Shown here in pieces: positions 1 through 11,600 of a stretch of DNA of 64,000 bases. Positions within the stretch are counted from its first letter, which is position 1. The number at the start of each line of letters is the position of its first letter. Below the pieces are notes generated by a model. It was not told where the DNA came from and searched no databases. It was given only the letters and a program-made list of their open reading frames with translations. This stretch comes from Dipteris shenzhenensis (taxonomy: Eukaryota). The stretch is taken from assembly GCA_047967505.1 (NCBI GenBank), contig CM106538.1. One strand, 5' to 3'. The position numbers and the translations under genes were made by a program.

Positions 1-620
1 GGTACAAAGATGAGTCTAAGCTTATTGACTGTACTATTCAGAGATGAAGATTGTGGTAAGCTCTTTTAGGAGACAGTTTGTTCTCGGATTGGATAAAAAC
101 CTTTTATAAAAATTTGTAGAAAGTTTGTTATATATGACCCCAAATAGACCAGACATAGCTCTTCCAATTAGTGCAAGATCTCCAACATGTGGCAAATCCT
201 ATGCCATTGAAAACTTGCTAAGAGGATTTTTAGATTTGTGAAGGAACGTTGACTCATGGAATTGAATACAAGAGAAGCAATAATATGAAATTGTCAAGGC
301 ATAATGATAAGGATTCTTAGCAAGCATGGTTCCTTTGTCATCTTTGGAAGCTGATAAACAGAGGAACCTTGAAAGCTATTCGGCTCTTTTAAACAAAAAG
401 ATTTGAATGCTTTGCTAGGTGACGAGCAGATCTCTATCATGATGGCCAAGAATTTACTATTTCATCCTTGTACTAGGCACAGGAGTTCAACCCGCAAGAA
501 ACTTACTATTTATTCTAAGCACATAGGAGTTGAACACATGAGAAACTTACCATTGGTGGATATCCTAACCAAAGCCTTGTAGGAGGTAAGCTTGAGAAGT
601 TTTCTTTTGTTGGAGAGGGG
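1..620 (+). mobile_element. Highly degenerate Ty1/Copia RT-RNaseH 3' end with polypurine tract
   Basis: Motif relics NRPDIA (~143), SKHIG (~515) and VDILTKAL (~556) correspond to Copia TRPDI/TKHI/ADIFTKAL. GGAGAGGGG (612-620) is followed by TG, a probable old LTR that the next element inserted into. Confidence 0.55.
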
Positions 621-830
621 TGAGAAAATAATGATGAGTTATGGATCAGTTAATTAATTCTCCCTTGCGGTGATTGCTGATAAGGATTACTAATAGGTGT
701 AAGAGCGGTAGTTAGGTTTGGGTCCTAGGTGGACCATGCTGTGACATTATCTCATCTGTGGTAATTACAAGTTTCCAAGGGGCTGCTCCACCCCGTACTT
801 CAGCTCACACAGCCCTGTTGTGGGCTATTG

Positions 831-1062
831 TGTAGGCCATCCTCTGGTGGTTCTAGTGATGCCCTATAGGCCATGGTATGTGCCTTGTAGGCATAAATAA
901 AGACACTTATAGTGTTCCTATGTGACACCTAGGACACTTAGTCCTAAGTGTAGGTACTTGTACCTTGTATTCTTTAGTGTTGGATAATCCAAGTTTGATG
1001 TGACGGGTGTTCTTTTGCGACCCTTTGCTACTTGCACTCTCTCCTTTCTATCCGATCCTACA
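831..1062 (+). repeat. 5' LTR of Copia element (232 bp)
   Basis: Direct repeat of 6405-6641, TG...CA ends, followed by the PBS. Confidence 0.95.
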
Positions 1063-1063
1063 T

Positions 1064-1075
1064 TGGTATCAGAGC
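1064..1075 (+). promoter_or_regulatory. Primer binding site (initiator tRNA-Met)
   Basis: TGGTATCAGAGC immediately after the LTR. Confidence 0.9.
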
Positions 1076-2055
1076 GAGATTTGCTTCCTGTGCCTCTTTT
1101 TTTTTTCGTACTGTCCGTACAACTGTACGGACTTTTGTATAGATACGTACGGATCACCGTACGTTTCCTCTGTTTGCTGTCCAAGGCTTCTTGAGCTCTT
1201 TCGTCGCCACCAAGCGTCTCTTTGCTGTTCCCAGACTGAGGCGACTCCTCGTAGGCTCCAGCTGCAGCATTTTTGAGGTTCTATACAGTACTGTGGCCAT
1301 CAGTTGTCACTTTTGTACTTCCCTTCAGTAGACGCCTAGTTCAAGCGACGCTTCAGTGGATCCAGGCGCCTAGCTTCCGTGAACCTTCAGTGACCTCTTC
1401 ACAGTCGTCTGCAGGAGTCGTTTTGCTATCGCTACCTGTTCAGATCCCCACACAAGACACCTGCAGTTACGCACTTATTTCGAGGTGCCTAAGGGCAGTT
1501 CCAGTTACGCTCCAGTCGTTTTTGCACTTCAATCTGCTGCATCAGCTTTGTGGCCCGTTATACTCTATCTACTGAGGTCTTTTCAGTCTCAGCTTTATGC
1601 TTAGGGGACCATAAGCTAATACACAATCAATATTTGCAGTCTTTCACCTAAATTTCAGCTGGTGTTTGGGACAGTAAATCATACTTTTTCAGTTAAAGCC
1701 TTGAGGCTATACATTGGGTCAGATTATCAGACATTGAGTCACTTTTGCAGGACATTGAGTTAGATTATCCTTCATTGGGTCACATTTGCAAAAATTTCAG
1801 CAAAATTTGCGGCTTTTCTGCATTTGCTCTCTTTTTGGCCTATTTGCCTTCATTAAATTTGGGGCTTTTGCCAGATTTGCTGTTTTTGCAGTGAACATTG
1901 CCTGTCACAGTCACATTTGGGTTAGATCAGCATTTGCCCTTTGATTTGGGTCAGAAATTTGCAGATATTTGCTGTCTTTTTGGACAGTCAGCTTTTTGCA
2001 GTGATAGCCTTGAGGCTTTTGGGTTTTCAGGTCTTTTCAGGGTATCACATTTGCT

Positions 2056-5000
2056 ATGGCTGGGAACAATCAAGATTTATTTGGAGTTCTTCGTGAAGAT
2101 GATAAGTTGGATGGCACCAATTGTCCGATGTGGTCTTATCTCATGAAACATATTCTTGTTGCAAAGCATTTGTGGAATATTGTTTCTGGGGCTGATATGA
2201 GGCCAGCCAATGCTACAATGGTTGCCTCTACTGCTGGTCCTTCTGCAAGGGGTACTCCTCCTGATGCCTCTTCCTCTAGCACTCCTGTTGTTGCTCTTCC
2301 AACTCAAGAACAGTCAAGATGGGATGCAAGAGATGCAAATGCACATTCATGCATTGCTTTATCATGCAAGAGAATCATTATTCCACATATCCGGTCTTGC
2401 AGGACAGCTAAGGATGCTTGGGATAAATTGGCTTCTCTCTATCAGATTCGCAATGAAGCTCGTGTTGCATATTTGAGAAGGCAATTACAGGAAGTCAGTA
2501 TGAATGAAGGTGAGTCTATGGATGCATACCTGACAAAGGTCAAGGACCTCATGGAACAGCTTGCCAACATTGATGAGGTGGTGCCAAATTCACAGCTTGT
2601 TAGTACCACATTGAATGGACTGTCAGATACATATCAAGGGTTTGCTATAACCCTTCGATTAGTGGCCATGGGTAATCCAAACCACTATTCTTTTGATCAG
2701 CTAGTTACTTTGCTTTTGCAGGAAGAGCAAAGTAGAGCTAATAGACAAGCCATTATTCCTGATCATGCATTCGCTTCACAGTAGACAGGAAGATGCAAGG
2801 CTTCCAAGCCTATGGGCAAGCCAAAATCTGTGCATAGCAGCTGCAATTCCTCCCATGCATCTAAAAATACAGCAGATAAGTCAAAGAAGAAAAGATGCAA
2901 CTATTGTCGCAAGCCTGGACATGACATTTCAGAATGTAGAAAGCGCATTGCTTCGGAGAAAAAGAAAGCAGGATTGACAATTAATGCCTCACATGCTATT
3001 GAATCCCATGAGCCAGAAGATGCTTCACATGCACATGCTCTTCAGGATGATTGGGCATGGGCTGTCCATTGCTCATTTGATCCCTCCAAAGCTGATGCAT
3101 TCTTTACTGCTAATGATGCTCAGTTCTGGTACTTTGATAGTGGTGCTTCCAAGCATGTCACATCTTGCAGATAGTTGTTTCATTCTTTAGCTGATGCACC
3201 TCGAGGGAGGACTGTTACAGTGCTAATAATGCTTCATATGCTGTAAAAGGAGTTGGAGATGTGCAGCTCACATCCATTTCAAGCCATCCTGTCACTTTGA
3301 CCAATGTTCTTTTCGTGCCTAGCAATTGCTACTTCAGGTTTCAGAGTGATTTTTGATGGCTACAGATGTCTAGTTTATGATCTTCGTGATGATAATGCCA
3401 TAGTTCTCACTGGCACTTTGCAAAAAGGGTTTTATCACCTTGATCATCATTCAGCTTCACTTTCTATTGAAGCATTGGCTATTTCAGATTCACAGCTTGC
3501 TGAAACTCATCTTTGGCATGAGAGAATGGGCCATCTCAATTATAGAGCTCTTGCAAAGCTACATTCACAGCAGATGGCAAATGATGTACCTCGGACTCAC
3601 ACAGTTTCCAAACATGTGTGTGAGGGTTGTCTTTTGGGTAAGATGCTTCGATTTCCTTTTCAAAAGAATTGTCCAAAACTCTCACAAAGGAAATTGCAGC
3701 TAGTACACAGTGATGTCTGTGGCCCAATGAGGACAAATGCCATTGGGGGGTACAAATATTTCATTAGTCTCATTGATGATTTCACAAGATATTGCTGGAT
3801 ATATCCTTTAAAAGCCAAATCTGAAGTTTTCTTATGCTTTGAGAGGTGGCTGAATGTGGTTGAGAATGAATTAGGAAGCAAGCTTGTCACCCTCAACACA
3901 GATAGGGGGGGAGAGTATATGTCAAAGGAGTTTGATGCATTTCTGTCTTCACGGGGCATTATTCACTCATGCACTACTCCTTACACTCCTCAGCAGAAAG
4001 GAAAAACAGGTCCACAATGGAGATTGCCAGATGCATGCTTAAGGCCAAGTCTTTGCCCAATAAATTTTGGATTGATGCAGTAATGTGTGCCAACTATGTG
4101 CTTAATAGATCACCTACACGGGTGGTGAAGACTGTTACCCCTTATGAAGCATGGAAAGGCAGGAAGCCCTCACTTTCACACATGAGAGTTTTTAGGTCTC
4201 TTGCATATGTTCATGTACCATCTCAGCTGAGACATAAGCTTGATGACAAGGCAATCAAATGCATATTCATTGGTTACAGCCAGGAGAGCAGAGGGTATCG
4301 GTTATATCAACCAAATACTGGGAAGATTATTGTCAGTAGAGATGTGATCTTTGCTGAACATTCAGCTTCTCCTCTTGTGGACTGCAAAGCAAAGCCAGAT
4401 GTTGACATGTTTGATGCCTTTGAATCTTGGTTAGCTCTGCCATCATCAGAGGAGGATTTTCAGCAGCAACATGAGCCTCCTGCAGGCCCTCCACTAAGCA
4501 ATAATCAGCCACAACCTCATGCTGATTTGCAGGTTTCTCTTCCGGCACAAAATGATCCCATTACTCATGATGCAGTCATTGAAGAAAGAGCTGTCAATAG
4601 ACAGCAAAGGCAAGTTCCCAGATGGCTTCTTGATACATTGAGGGACAGCAAACAAGATCAGCCTTTTGCTGCCCGGACAAGATCAGGGAATAGACAGCAT
4701 GGTCACTTTCTTGAGTTTGCACTCCTTGCTACAGCTTGCAATGAAGAGCCTTTGTGCCATAAAGATGCTTTTGACAGCAAAGAGTGGATGGATGCAATGA
4801 AAGCTGAGTTACAATCTATTGCCAAAAATGACACATGGGAATTAGTAGATCTCCCACCTGGCAAACATGCCATTGGAACGCGGTGGGTCTACAAATTAAA
4901 AAGGAAATCTGATGGCAGCATAGATCGATACAAAGCCCGTCTTGTTGCAAAAGGGTATGCCCAATAACAAGGCGTTGACTTTGAGGAGACATTTGCTCCC

Positions 5001-6276
5001 ACATCCAGGATTACTACCATTTGATGTGTCATTGCCATTGCAGCCTATCATCATTGGCAAGTGCACCAACTTGACATCAAGACCGCTTTTCTTCATGGGG
5101 ATCTGCAGGAAGAAGTCTATGTCACAAAACCTTCTGGCTTTGAGGTTGTTAATTCTGAAAATAAGGTATGCCGGCTTAGAAAAGCCCTTTATGGTTTGAA
5201 GCAGGCACCCAGGGCATGGTATGCCAAAATTCATGCACACTTACTATCCCTTGGTTTTCAGAATAGTCCCACAGAACCCACTCTTTATGTCCGTGGGAGT
5301 GGATCTGATTTTTTAGTGCTGATTTTATGTGGATGATATGCTTATCATGGGCCCAGATACTCAGCAAATTGCAGCTTTCAAGGCTGATTTGCAGCAGATT
5401 TTTGACATGTCAGACATGGGACGGCTCCATTATTATTTGGGCATTCAGTTTGCTCATGTTGAGGGGGGTATCATGATGTCTCAGTCCAAGTATATTGGAC
5501 AGCTCCTTGATCGTTTTCAGTTTGAGGATTGCAAGCCAATCTCTACTCCAGTGGACCCTGGCTTCAAATTCTCAGCTCATGATGGGAGCCCACCATGTGA
5601 TATCACTCTTTATCAGCAGGTTGTTGGATGCCTTATTTATTTATGTCACACCAGACCTGACTTGCAGTATGCAGTATCTCAGCTCAACAGATTCATGCAC
5701 ATGCTCAGCTCATAGCATTGGCAGGCAGTGAAGAGAGTCTTCAGATATCTCAGAGGCACTCAGGATTTAGCCCTCTTCTATGGTGATCAGGGTTCACTTA
5801 CCATGCATGCTTACACGGATAGTAACTGGGCAGGATGTTCTGACACCAGAGTGTCACATATGGGCAATTGTTTTTTGCTTGGCAATTCATGTATCTCTTG
5901 GCTCAGCAAGAAGCAACCAACAGTTGCCACGTCTAGCTGTGAGGCTGAGTACAGGGCAGCTTTCACCGCTACAGTAGAGTGTGTTTGGCTTCGACAGTTA
6001 CTTACAGATCTTGGTATTCGCCAGACATCCTCCACTATTGTCTACACTGACAGTCAGAGTGCTTTGGCCATTGCGCGTAACCCAGTGTTTCATGCGCGTA
6101 CCAAGCATATTGAAGTTCGCTATCATTATGTTTGGGAGCGGTTGTCAGCAGGAGACATAGATTTGTCCTATCTTCCCACAGAGGACAACATAGCAGATAT
6201 GTTTACAAAGGCACTTCCTCGTCCCAAGTTCAAAGTCTTTTGACAGGCTTTATACTTGGTTCCCTTTGTTACATGA
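2056..6276 (+). pseudogene. Copia gag-pol polyprotein broken by stops and frameshifts
   Basis: gag (KLDGTN...W, zinc knuckle CNYCRKPGHDISEC), protease WYFDSGAS, integrase HLWHERMGH/VHSDVCGP, RT YKARLVAKGY/ALYGLKQAPRAW/YVDD, RNaseH HARTKHI/ADMFTKAL. Split over about eight ORFs. Confidence 0.93.
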
Positions 6277-6404
6277 TCTGACATCCCTTGTACATTCATA
6301 GGTGGCTATATCCTTTTGGATGAACATGTGCCACCATGACTAGAAAATACCAGGTATTTTGAGACGTTTCCAGAGTACTTCAGCCCATCCCATGGAGGGG
6401 GGTT

Positions 6405-6641
6405 TGTAGGCCATCCTCTGGTGGTTCTAGTGATGCCCTATAGGCCATGGTATGTGCCTTGTAGGCATAAATAAAGACACTTATAGTGTTAGTGTCTTTT
6501 AGGCCACATAGGACACTTAGTCCTAGGTGTAGGTACTTGCACCTTGTATTCTTTAGTGTTGGATAATCCAAGTTTGACGTGACGGGTGTTCTTCTGCGAC
6601 CCTTTGCTACCTGCACTCTCTCCTTTCTATCCGATCCTACA
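6405..6641 (+). repeat. 3' LTR of Copia element (237 bp)
   Basis: Direct repeat of 831-1062, preceded by the PPT and followed by TSD TATTG. Confidence 0.95.
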
Positions 6642-8502
6642 TATTGCAGCACATGCTGCCTGTGCTTGCTTTGCCACCATATCTTTCATCTGCTTGCTAC
6701 TCATTCTTGCTGCCACTGGCTCTTATTGCCATCCATATAGTCATAGAAATCGGATCCGCTTCATGATATAAAAGCTAATAACTAGTCATAACTTCTGAGT
6801 TTCAATGTTGAACTTTCTTATACTAGTTTGTTAATTGTATTCAGTAGTATATCCTCCTCGTCTTTGTCTCCCTCTTTGTGCCTCTCCATCCCCCTTGGAA
6901 AAAATAATAGTAATATACAAAGGGAGCCCACCAAATGTACCCATACTTTTCTCCCATAAAGTCTGCTATACCCTAGGAAACATGTTGTAAAATGTATGGT
7001 ACTCCATGACTCTTTGCTTTCATTCGGTAGACCCATGTATTGTCAATGAAACAAGTCTTCTAGTTTCCAAGTCATATATCGTATGAGACTATCGTGCACT
7101 ATATATGATACTATTGAACAAGAATAACCTTCGTGAAATGGAAGATTCTTATGCAAACCTTGAAGAATATATTGGTGGCAAGTCTACAAGTGATTGTAGA
7201 TAAACTTAAAAACTAGTGTGGAGAAAGAAAAAGAATCATGAATATGTGTGAAATTGTGTAGCATTGCAAAATTTACTCACAATTCATGCACATCATGTTA
7301 TTGTCCCTCAAGGGAGTGAAATCCCAAAACCTTTTGATTGATGCCAAGGCCAAAGTACACTCGTAAACTCTAAAATTAAAGTTTTTTTTGTTGACTCTCA
7401 TGTTCAAATAACTCATGTATTAAGTATTAAGTGTCATGCATCATGCAGCCCATATTGTCTTCTTGTGGCAAAATATTTTTATGAGGGAGTGGCTTCGTGC
7501 AACATTATTTTTGGCTTCTTTGTATTTCTCAGGCTCATTTATGTCTTTAATGGTTCTATGTAAAGAAGAATTGACATTGAGAAGAATTGACATTGAGCTC
7601 ATCAAGGCCCTTCTAACCCTAGTAGACCTCTTAGGTCCATTGGCACTCGCAGAGTGTTCATCTACAACTTAGCTTTCCTTAGCAGTACATAAACCCAAGT
7701 TATCACACGTAATGTAGTTGATCCTTATTTAATCTTGATGAGATTGTTATCTTGTGGATTATTATCCACAAGGTTTAAGGGGTTCTTTTGATATTTCTTT
7801 CATGTGATGATTTTGACGATATTCTATATTCATTGAGTGCTTTGTCATGTTGTAGAAAGAAATAAAGAAAGATAATTAAAAGTCTTTGGAACGGAAGTCC
7901 ATAATCATGATCATAATGGCACCAATACATAAAGAGAATAGCTCTTCGAGGCGAGGCGTCAATCTTGAGAAGGGGGCGTTGCCATGTGAGGCTGTTATGG
8001 TGGCGCAACCTGTGATGGGATGTTGGCGGTTAACGTCATGCGTGGCCCGCGGTGGTCTCTTGGGAATGGCCTTGCGGTGAACAAGCGCCACTGTCTCCCT
8101 TGTGGGTAGTGTCCCCAGTCTAGGTGAGTGTGGACGCAAGGTTGTCCTAATATGATATGTGCCTTAGAGCATGTAACCCATGCAATACATGGGCAAGTGT
8201 TGACAATGAGCTGTCGTGAAATGAGAACAGCTTGTATTTTGCTAGTATTTATCATATTAATGTTCGACATAAATTGGGTATGTATGAAACTAGGAAGCAA
8301 TACACAAATCTAAAATCCTTGTTTGAAAAGTTGTGGCTTGGAAAAATGTTCTAAAATTTTAAAGCATTGTGGGCTCAATGTAATTAGAAAAGAAGCATGG
8401 TTATTTGCTTGGTACTTGCAATGATTGCGTTGTATAGTGTCACACATACTTTTTTAAGAGGAGTGTTAATTAAGTTTCACTGATTTCCATATCGGTATGC
8501 AG

Positions 8503-8684
8503 GAGAATTATTTGAACTATTGTCCCTCATTAGCAGGCTGCGATGAAAATGGAACTGCCCGAATGGACTTGGTTGCACAGACAGCTGCCTCTATTGCTAA
8601 TGGTGATATTGTGAATGTTCAGATTCGCCGACATAGACAGTGGCAACATTCACAGATGGGTGCATTCATGTCATCAATTGTACC
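8503..8684 (+). CDS. RFC1: RFC1 exon (ENYLNYCPSLAG...QWQHSQMGAFMSSIVP)
   Basis: tgcag| acceptor, |gtcagt donor; matches the plant RFC1 C-terminal domain. Confidence 0.93.
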
Positions 8685-11600
8685 GTCAGTATCCTCTCTT
8701 TTCCATAAACCTTTGTGGCCTTCCTTTGGGGCTGATTTCTTGTTCATATTGTCATTATATTGTGTAAAGGGAGGAAGTCAATGGGATTATGACTTTTAGG
8801 AATTTGCTCATGGCATTAATTTTAATTGATCATTGAAATATAAGTTTGGTGTACTGGGAATGTGTAGGAGTGTAATCTCCTGTTAATTTTCTCCTGTGAT
8901 GCAATGCACCATTAAGACATTAGACCTCACCATCCATCTTTAGAACCTTGCAAGGTTAGTGTTTAAGCCTAGCAATGAGCTCTCAAGACTTATAGGTCAT
9001 CCTGAACTCTGTTACCCTTTTCTAATCCTGGCTCAGTTGATGTTGATGTACACCTTTTCATAAAAGTTCAGCAGCAACGCAAATAGGAAAAGCACAAGCT
9101 TTGCATGGATTTATAAACTTATGAGGCATTGCTTATGGTACTAGCTTTTGGTAAGCATTTTACAGAACCCTTGACATCAGTGCTGTGGATATTGTGACAT
9201 CTACTGGATGCTCAAGCAGTTACCCCTCGGCTGCTCGTATCGTATATCCGTTCCATTGTTGTAGCTTGGATGCTCAAGCAGTTGCCCCTCGGCTGCTCGT
9301 ATCGGTTAGCCTTTAAGCCTAGCAATGAGCTCTCAAGACTTATAGGTCATCCGGAACTCAGTTACCCTTGTCTAATCCTGGCTCAGTTGATGTTGATGTA
9401 CATCTTTTCATAAAAGTTCAGCAGCAACGCAAATAGGAAAAGCACAAGCTTTGCATGGATTTATAAACTTAAGAGGCATTGCTTATGATACTAGCTTTTT
9501 TTTGGAAGCATTTTACACAACCTGTGACATCAGTGCTGTGGATATTGTGACATCTACTGGATGCTCAAGCAGTCACCCCTCGGCTGCTCGTATCGTATAC
9601 CCCTTCCGTTGTTGTAGCTTGGATGCTCAAGCAGTTGCCCCTCGGCTGCTCGTATTGTATATCCCCCTTCCGTTGTTGTAGCTTGTATCGATGGAATATT
9701 TCTTGCCTTGAACTCAAGCTGTGGCACAGTTTCTTTTGTTGTTTTGTATGGCATATGTTTAAAAGGTATTGTTTTTAGTTTCTAATGCAAATGATAAGGA
9801 ATTTTAATGCTAATAGGATTTCAGGTCATTGGTGCAATTACGGGAGTGATGGGCAGGACTCAGGAGTTATGTTTGTTATTTTCATCATTTTGGGGGGAAA
9901 GGGACAGGATAATACCAATCCTTATGTGCTTATTGGTCTAGTTTGTTGGGCATGGGAAACATAGCTTTATACATGTGCCACCTGTCATTTGCTTCCTTTC
10001 CCTGCCCCCAGGGACAAACTCTCTTTTGTGACTGATTGCTGGAATATGGTGTTCTTTTTTTCCAGTCAGGCTCATTGCGATTTTTGTATATTTCAAATGT
10101 GCAGTTTCAGCTGTTGTTTGTGGAAGGCTTTGAATTTTAGAGTGTCGAGCGGGGCGTTGTGTGTTTGGATAATCACCATATTATTGGCTTTGCCAACCCA
10201 AAATGCTCTTTTGTGGTGCATGCAGCGCTGCGCTTATGCATGGAAGAAGGGAAACACTTCTCCAGGTAAAGATTTTTAGAAATACGCCTCCTGAATGGCT
10301 AGAGGGAATATTCCTGCAGAAAATGTTTTCTGCAGTATTGTTTAAGTTCATGTTTTGAAATACATTAGAACTTTAAAATCTGATATCCTTGAAGAAGGAT
10401 TGGCTATTAACAAAGTGTTTACCAACATGAGATACCTTTTGAATTGCAAGAAAAGTTTGAAAAGTTTAAAGATCAATCAAAATGCAGCTGCAAGCTGCCT
10501 ACCTTATTGAGTGAATAATATTTTATTAAATGGTCCTGATACCATGTTAGGTAATAGAGATCTTGCTTGTACAGCTACCCCCCTGCAGCAGTGAAAGACT
10601 TGCTCCAGATCACACTCAGTGTGTGTACACAATAGCATAAATCACAAGCTTAGATATGAGAAGTGCACTGCTAGAAGACCTGTAGAAACGCAATACTCTT
10701 ACAATGTCATAGGAGTCTTTGCCACTCAGCCATCCAAAGGCACCCACCGCTACCCTTACACCCAATGGTCACTTGCTAATTTGTATGTTAGTCCAATTAG
10801 GACACCAACATCAAAACGGTCTAGGATAAGTACCAACTGTCCCCTGTCCTACCTAGGCTCTAACACCTTTTAGGCACTTAAGCCCTTTGTTAGGCTACTG
10901 ACCCCTAACCACTAATAACTACTGTTTTATTCCTATATTCTTAATTAAAGGCTTCCCCTTGGGGGTAATATTACACCATATTATCATTGATGTAACATTT
11001 CCTTTCTACTTAAAACTGTGGATGTCCTTGCATTTTCTTCTGAACCATCCTTCAGCAATATAATTTGATTGTCAAAGATGCAACCAACCATTCTTGTGAT
11101 CTCTTTTGATTTGTAAACCCAAAAAAGAATTGATTTGATTTATCCTAAACCTTGCATCTAAAAAATTGAAAAGATATTTCTCCTTTCTTCTCACCAAGGA
11201 ATTTCAAACTGTTGGAGATAAATATGATATCATTCATATAAAGTGTAATAATGACAAAAGATCCCCCAATTTGTTTTATGTACATCAAAGAATCAGCCAT
11301 GCTTGGAAGAAAGCTTTGTGAAATCAAGAAATCATCAATCTTCTTGTGCCAAGATCGTGATGCCTGCTTTAATTCATACAAGGCTTTCCTTAAGTGGCAA
11401 ACCCTTAACTCTTTACCTTTTATAGTGGTTGTTCCATATAGATCTCTTTTTTTAGATCTTCATTTAAGAATGTTGTTTTAATATCCATCTGATGCATTTC
11501 AAGATGAAGTGATTTGCCAATACACGAATACTTGTAAGTTAGACCATTGGTGAAAAGATCTCTATATAATTAATTCCAAGTTTCTGTGAAAAACCCTTTG

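Larger units (their letters stand above)
831..6641 (+). mobile_element. Structurally complete Ty1/Copia LTR retrotransposon with disrupted gag-pol
   Basis: LTRs at 831-1062 and 6405-6641 (TGTAGG...CCTACA). 5-bp TSD TATTG at 826-830 and 6642-6646. PBS TGGTATCAGAGC at 1064-1075, PPT at ~6394-6402. Domain order is gag-PR-IN-RT-RH. Confidence 0.97.

Noticed and set aside
6750-6780. TGATATAAAAGC as a PBS implying a tandem element sharing the old LTR
   Set aside because: It has three mismatches to the consensus and no recognisable gag downstream.
7860-8150. CpG-rich patch as an RNA gene or upstream RFC1 exon
   Set aside because: No tRNA or 5S boxes and no RFC1-like translation were found.
8497-8799. 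Standalone 100-aa ORF (also 24838-25050, 25083-25427, 27114-27341)
   Set aside because: These are RFC1 exons read through into introns or in the wrong frame.
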